This document shows, in pieces, positions 57,345-64,000 of a stretch of DNA of 64,000 nucleotides. Source of the stretch: Hormiphora californensis. Taxonomy: Eukaryota; Animalia; Ctenophora. The DNA is taken from assembly GCA_020137815.1 (NCBI GenBank), contig CM035353.1:5456001-5520000 (forward strand). Direction: 5' to 3'. The position numbers and the translations under genes are program-made. Numbering within the stretch: the stretch's first letter is position 1; the number at the start of each line of letters is the position of its first letter. Under the pieces are notes generated by a model. It saw only the letters and a program-made list of their open reading frames with translations. It searched no databases and had not been told where the DNA came from.

Positions 57345-58316
57345 GAGAGAGAGAGAGAGAGATCTTGCTTAGGGAAGCAGGAGTTGAACAACAGAGAGAG
57401 AGATCCTGCCCAGGGAAGCAGGAGTTGAAAACAGAGAGGGATCCTACTCAGTAGTAGTTGGGAGATCCTACACAAGCTATATATAATAGCTGTCACACAA
57501 TGCCCCTACTTATTATTATATCTGAATCACACAGCGAGGTTTGTCATCAATAATTACAAATCATACAGTTCAGCATTCGGCAACATGATCTTCCCCTTAT
57601 CTTGGTGACGCGGTCACCCCTCCACTAGGGCCGCGCGAAGCGCGGCAACGAAGCTCGGCAACGAAGCTCACCAACCCCTTATCATAAAAGCCCGGTACCC
57701 CCCACCATCATCAAATCCCATCGTTAGATCCCACCACTTTGTATAGCACCCATGCCGCGGTACTCAAAGTGACCCTCTTTCACTCTCCTGTACTTCTCGT
57801 TGTATAATCACATTGAGCTGTACCCCGCCTTGTGCAGCAGAGGAAAACACATGAATTTACTTCAAGGTGGTACACAGTGTAGGAGAGTGCAGCACAAATC
57901 TCAGTCTAATATGCAGTAGTAGGTATTAGCCATCCCAGTAAGAGTGTGTGTGTGTGTTGGACAGGGGGACAGAGAGTTGGGGACGTGTCGAATTAACATT
58001 CCTGTCTAAAAATATGCAGCTCTTTTTCGATGGCACCATGTAACATCAAACTGTGTACATACAGCTCTACTAATGCAATGGTACAGTTCTATAATGCAAT
58101 GGTACAGCTGCTATTTTATCGTGTGGTAGAACGAAGAAAGGCGATGCTGTGTAAAATGAGGGCGACATAACTTTTTGTCAAATAAAATACTAGATATCGT
58201 AATATTACGAACCAGTGTCGTACACAATAAAGATATTATAGGAGAGCAGACAGAACACAAGCTACACAAAGAGTGAAGATGAAAATGGAAACCCGGAAGA
58301 AGAGTGGTAGTGAGAG

Positions 58317-58350
<34 letters not shown>

Positions 58351-60320
58351 AAGAAAACGAGAAAAGGAAGGGAGGAGGGGGAAAAGAGAGAGGAGAGAGA
58401 GTGAAAAGGGAAGAGAAGGGGAAAAAAGGAGAGAGATTTTAAAGAAGAGGGAGAGAGAGAAGAGAGGAGAAGAGAGAGAGAGGGAGAGAAAAAAAGAAAA
58501 AGGGAGAAGAAGAAAAGTTATGGAGGGGGAAACAAAAAAAAGGGAAAGAAAAAAGGGGAAAAAAGGGGGAGGGGGGGAAGTTTAAGGGGAAAAATTTTTG
58601 GGGGGATAGGGGTTGCAGAAAAGAGGATTTTTGTTTTTTTTTTTGGGGTTTCCCCGCCCCCCAAAAATTTTGGGGGGGGTTTTCTTGGGCCCCCGAAACA
58701 GTTGTAGAGGAATTCAAATGAATATGGCCCGTTGTTGCAAAAGGCCACCACAGCAGAATCAGCTCTCACCCTTCCATCAGACGTGAAAAGTGGCGTGATT
58801 CACAAACATAGTAACGCAGGGGTGGCGTGATCAGAATGCTTCTGGATCAAACGCCTGGCGTGATACTTGCAAAGAAAATATTACGTAGCACGATCGAAAG
58901 GTTTTGGGCCATGGCAGTGGCAGTACAACTGCTGTTCCAAAAATACTTCTTAAAATTAGACTGGGAATGATTTCACTTGCTTGGCATTAACTCAATTTCA
59001 AAACGGGACTGCGGATAAGGGAAAAAGTAGTATGAGTCTCCCCCCTGGGAGATTCTAATCCAACAAATGAACGCCTTTAAAATAACAGAAAACAGTGAAA
59101 CAGTAATAGCGTTTTTATTGATAATTTACACAATGAACCCTCTTTTGTAAGATTTTTTCACGAAATCACCCAAGGGCGGACCCGATTTCCGGGCCCCCGG
59201 GCCCAAATTTACCAGGCCCCCCCATTTATCGGAGGATTAACTTCTCCCAAAAACATCCCCGTAAATTCGAAACAGTTTTTTTTTTTTTTTTTTTTTCAGT
59301 CCGTCCCGCAAATCAGTCTGCAGCCCCATAACGACGGATAAATACTCACTAAGAGTTAAAAAACAAGCAAAGTGGTTTTAAAGGACATGTCTCCCAGCAG
59401 TCTCTCAGGCAACATGCATATATAAGATATGAATAATATGCTGCACTATGAAGAAAGAGGGAGATAGAGAGAGAAAAGATAGAGATCAAGGGAGATAGAG
59501 GGAAGTAAGAAAGAGAAGAGAGAGAGAGAAGAAGGAAGGGAAAAAGAGAACTATGCAGGAAGGGAAAGAAACGGGGGAAAATAAAAGGGGAGAGTGAAAA
59601 GGGAGGAGGATTGGGTTTAAATTTTTTGGGGGCCCCCGGTTTTTCCCCCGGGTTTGGGTGGGGGGTTCGTTTTTTGGGGGCGATTTTTTGGGAGAGGAGG
59701 GGCGAGGAGAGAGAGGGAGAGGGATAGAGAGTTAGAGAGAGAGTTAGAGCGTGTGCGTAAAATGCTTTTTTTTGAAAACTTTTCAAATCTTTTCACATCT
59801 CATTGATTGGATCAAATGGTCACGAGGATCAAATGGTCCGTTGCTATTGGCCAATTACTATCTCAGCTTTAGATGCAGACACCTTCCAAATCTGCGAGAA
59901 GGGAAGGAAGGAAAGAGCGAAGGAGATATAGCTGCCGATAACGTGCTCTCATTTCACAAAGCTGCTGCAGTGGCTTCGAGATTGAGATCTCGTACATCGT
60001 ATATTATATTCTTTTCTTATACTAAAGTGTATTAGCGGAACTAAAACGAACTGGCTGTGCGTTGTACATATCGATTTCAGTGAGATACATTATATGCACA
60101 ACGTATGCACGACACACAGCCAGTTCATTTTTACTTCGCTTACACACTTTATTAGATGCCTATCTTGCCAAAGTTGATGCTTCAGTGTTGAGACAACAAG
60201 GGATCACCAGATAGATCGAGGAAAGATATAGAGAGCTTGGAGAGGGATGTTGGACTTCCACTTACATCTGCCTCCTCTCACAAAACTGGTCAACAATTTG
60301 TGTAACACTGAAACTATCAG

Positions 60321-60695
60321 ACCAGATCCCCCACACCTGGCTCCCCGGAATACACCACAACGCACACGCCACCTGCGTAGCTGGGGATTGCAATGGAAAG
60401 TTCGAGGGGAAGCTATCTGATGTACACTTTTCATTTCGAACTAGGTAAGATTGAGTTTCTTATATTCATTGCCCATACATCTCTCTCCCCTCTCTTTAGT
60501 CTCTACTCTCTATGTCTGTATTCCTCTCTAATCTCTATCATCACTAGATCACTAATCACGAGGGACAATCAACGAACAAGGCCTGATGTTAGGCAACACC
60601 GGGGACCTGACCATAGTCAGCAACGGAAACCTGATGGACAAACAGTGCCCAGTGAACGTCCGCTACCACGATACAAGAGTAGAAGATCGGGAAAG
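60321..60695 (+). CDS. Possible pair of exons of an unidentified gene (~60321-60444, ~60549-60695)
   Basis: Complex open frames ending in AG|gtaaga and AG|gtatct with a pyrimidine-rich gap between; frame and product unresolved. Confidence 0.3.
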
Positions 60696-60733
60696 GTATC
60701 TATCAAAAACATAATATTATATTATATGTGAAG

Positions 60734-60843
60734 CAGGAACCGACCGAAACAAGTAAACAACCAATCAGAACTCGCTATTTAGGTCACAGTGACTGGTTAT
60801 CAGCCAATCAGGGACCAGTATTTCCTGATTCGGTCGGTTCGTG
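60734..60843. mobile_element. hAT-type MITE, same family (TSD atgtgaag)
   Basis: TIRs plus 8-bp TSD at 60726-60733 and 60844-60851. Confidence 0.85.
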
Positions 60844-61461
60844 ATGTGAAGCACTGCCATTGAGCTGTTCCATTACAACAGCAATTGTTTGTGCAGCTGA
60901 TCCGGATGTAAATAGCACCGTTCATCTCGAACAATCTATCATAATAGCTCATCCTACCTCACCACACAAAACAAACAGAGACCGCGATGGCGGGGAGGGG
61001 GATGGTCGGGGGTGCAGCGGGGAATGAATTAGAGTGCGTGTCGGGTGGTATAAACTTATCAATTTATATACTGCATGCATGCCACGTGAAAAGAAGCTGA
61101 TAAGAGTTACTAGCAGGGGTACGTATAGTGGGAGGGGTGAGAGGGTGGAAGAGAGGGTGGGTGAGAGAGATGGAGTACAGATATAGAAAAGGTATAACGT
61201 GCTAAAAGCATGTGATAACCCGTTAAAAATATAGCTTTTAGAAAGCGTCGTACAGCCTTATCTCAAATGCGACCCACAGAAAGTACTCTTAGACCCTTCT
61301 GTATGTTCTGATAAGGGTATAGTAACTTATGAAAACTCACATGATCTACGTAAATCAGGGCCCTATATGCCTAAAGTCGGATTTTTTTGAAACTGTCACC
61401 CCCCTTTTCACGTGCGGCGTCGTATTTGCGCGTGACAGCCTCTACTTCCTCTCACTTTTGG

Positions 61462-62023
61462 CAACAAGAATCATTGCATTATCATGTATTCATAATGCTG
61501 TGTTTCCCTGCCCTCCCGTTTCACGTGTCACTGTCAACAGGATCAAGGCTTGGTCATAATGTAATGTGAGATGCATACGATCTAGCTGTCAGTATACTTC
61601 TCACATAGCTTAGTGTACTCACATGACACTTGCTAACCAGCTTTTGACATTCCAACTTAACTACTTATCTAACCTCTCACACTCGACTCGCAAGATGACA
61701 ATGTGTATGTAACACGCGAAACACGCGGCAGCGCTATTCATGTTTTGTTGAGTGGCGCGCGCATACACGTCCATGAAACTGTGCCATTGTAAGTTTTGAT
61801 AAAGGAGCAACTTGTTGTTGTGTGCGCGGCTCAGTTGCTACGCTGAGTACACCGGGTGGTACCGGGTTGCCCCTCGCAACGAAAGTGTGACCAAAATGGT
61901 CCCTCTACCGATTAGTTAGTATACCAAAATGTCGTTTTCGAATTCTAACCCTGCTATGCCTTTTTACAAAGTAAAAAGGCATCCGGGTGGATGCCTTCGG
62001 CATCCACCCGGGCAGGGAAAAAA
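61462..62023 (-). mobile_element. HINE/Helentron-like non-autonomous element, second member
   Basis: Shares aacaagaat...cataatgctgtgtttccctgcc and the ccgggtggatgcc-ttcg-gcatccacccgggcagggaaaaaat end with 13068-13666; the interior differs. Confidence 0.65.
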
Positions 62024-62960
62024 TCTGCATATCACCGGAAAGAGCATAATTTTATGAGTCCGTAAAACTTTTGTTTGACGAAATTGGTTAAGAAATAAAG
62101 GCGTGAGAGCCGAAACAAGTTTCCGGCGCGCAAATAAAATCTCGCGCGCCACCCAGGAGGGTGACAGTTTCAAAAATCCGACTTTATAGGCCATATCTTA
62201 TTAGGCTATAGATAGTCACGTACGGAAGTGTGTCATTCAAACCAAACAAATTGCCTGCACGCTCCCCTTCTTTAGAAATCATTTATATCCGCCCTTAGTA
62301 GCCACTCTCCAGTAGCCACTCTCCAGTAGCCACTCTCCAGTAGCCACTATCCCACAAGTAGAATCTTAAATTGAATGTAGGAAAGTTTAAAACTGTGTAT
62401 TCTCCCCACCATCTATCATGTAACACAGTACAGTAGTGAACTCATCACACTTCCAATAACAATTGATACGGCGGTATTATACCTTTGTAAATTGTAGCCG
62501 TATAAAAGCACATGTGCCAGTGATTGTTTCAATTTCCAAGTGTTAAAAAATGACAACTTGAATAAAAATGCCAAGTAAATTTTTCAGAAAGTTATTAGAA
62601 AGATGATTTCTTAGAAAGTAAATTTCTTAGAATGGACAATGGAATACTACTCATTCGATCATTATCATACTTGATAGATATAGATTAAACAAAGATTAAA
62701 ATTGCTTGATGCAGGTCATTATTTCATATGCAAAATTATCCCCCTTCCTTCATTTAGTTTTAATGTTTCACTTGATGGAAATTATTCGATAGAAAAGCTA
62801 TTGATCTAGTTGGCGCCGAGTTTCTCGCATTATTACCACACAAAATGATCACCTCTCGTCCTTGTCAACCACAAATGTACCACAAGTGAGAAGAGAGAGG
62901 GAGAGGGAGAGAGAGAGAGAGAGAGAAAGAAAGAGAGAGAGAAAGAGAGAGAGGGAGAGG

Positions 62961-63003
<43 letters not shown>

Positions 63004-63027
63004 GTAGAGAGAGAGAGAGAGATATAT

Positions 63028-63068
<41 letters not shown>

Positions 63069-64000
63069 TAAAGAAAGAAAGAAAGAGAGAGGGAGAGAGA
63101 GAGATAAAGAAAGAAAGAGAGAGTATGTGGGAGAGAGATAGAGACCGGATAGAAGTTGTATAGTGAAGAGCAGGTGTTATGCATGTCACTTTCTTCCTTC
63201 TCTCAGTTCTTCATCCGCTCCCCTCAACTTTGTTTGATATCAACTGAGTACTAACTTTTAAGTCTTTCCCGTTGTGTTATTCTGATTCAGAATTGTCTGA
63301 AAAATCGTTCTATCACTGACCTGTTCAAGCTGTATCTCAAACGGGGACGGCGCTAGAGCTCACAGAAAAGTGTCCAGATTTTTAGTTGTCACCCGTTATC
63401 GTGTCTTGTAGAATTAATTCTAGGTCTCCATGCTAGTCCACTACAACGTCAGTCATGTCATGTGCTTTTGATGGACACGTACTACTCGTGATGCATGCTG
63501 TGGCCAACTTGTAAGAAAACCGTGTATTTCTATATTAGTCTCAATAGTCTCAATATAGTCATCAATTTTCAGTTGTCCTCAAGAGTCAAGACATATTCAT
63601 TAGGGAAGACATCAGGAATAGAGATAAAATTTCAACTAGTATTCATGCTAACTCTCAGCTCTGTGTTTAATGAAACTCCTTTTGTTCTCCAGTAACATAT
63701 ATTTCGTGTGCACGTGTGTAGAGCTGCTGGTACATATATCTCTCTCTGCGTGCTCACAGCTGCACTCATCATATTTTGTATTCCTATTTTTAGTATGTGC
63801 TTCTCTTTTCTACTACTTGAGATACAACCAAGTAATATACAGCCTGGCCCAGCCGGTACTTGTCTATGCTAAAGTTTATTGCCTTGTTCGACTCTTTCCT
63901 TGTTTTGTTCAAACCCGCACGGGGAAACAGGTTCGAGCAAGGCAACTCTCTCTCTCTCTCTCCGTGTGTAAAGAAGACCGTCATAACAATAGTTTGGGAT

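Overview
Eukaryotic (animal) genomic DNA: intron-rich, dense in microsatellites and MITEs. The style suggests a non-bilaterian such as a ctenophore, but that is inference only. Spliced genes assembled by hand from GT-AG junctions and reading frame: the last two exons of a C2-domain gene (+, 253-1406); an SH2 adaptor resembling Drosophila EGFRAP/tensin-like SH2 (-, 4652-6450), whose terminal exon is tandemly duplicated; a ~32-finger C2H2 zinc-finger gene over ~30 small exons (-, 15450-33115); a liprin-beta/kazrin-like triple-SAM gene (-, ~43226-47871); and a complete 7-exon delta-9 acyl-CoA desaturase (-, 48939-53660). Introns hold non-autonomous elements with hallmarks of at least six superfamilies (Tc1/mariner, hAT, Mutator-like, Academ-like, Chapaev-like, Helitron/Helentron), several of them near-perfect 0.9-1.3 kb palindromes. 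The most striking pattern is that introns repeatedly contain 'echo' copies or tandem arrays of their own exon-intron junctions. One example is a six-copy in-frame donor array; in two introns the first bases copy the start of the next exon. Several kb (7.3-8.9k, 35-39k, 40.4-42.6k, parts of 55-60k) look like low-quality consensus, and most listed ORFs are spurious.
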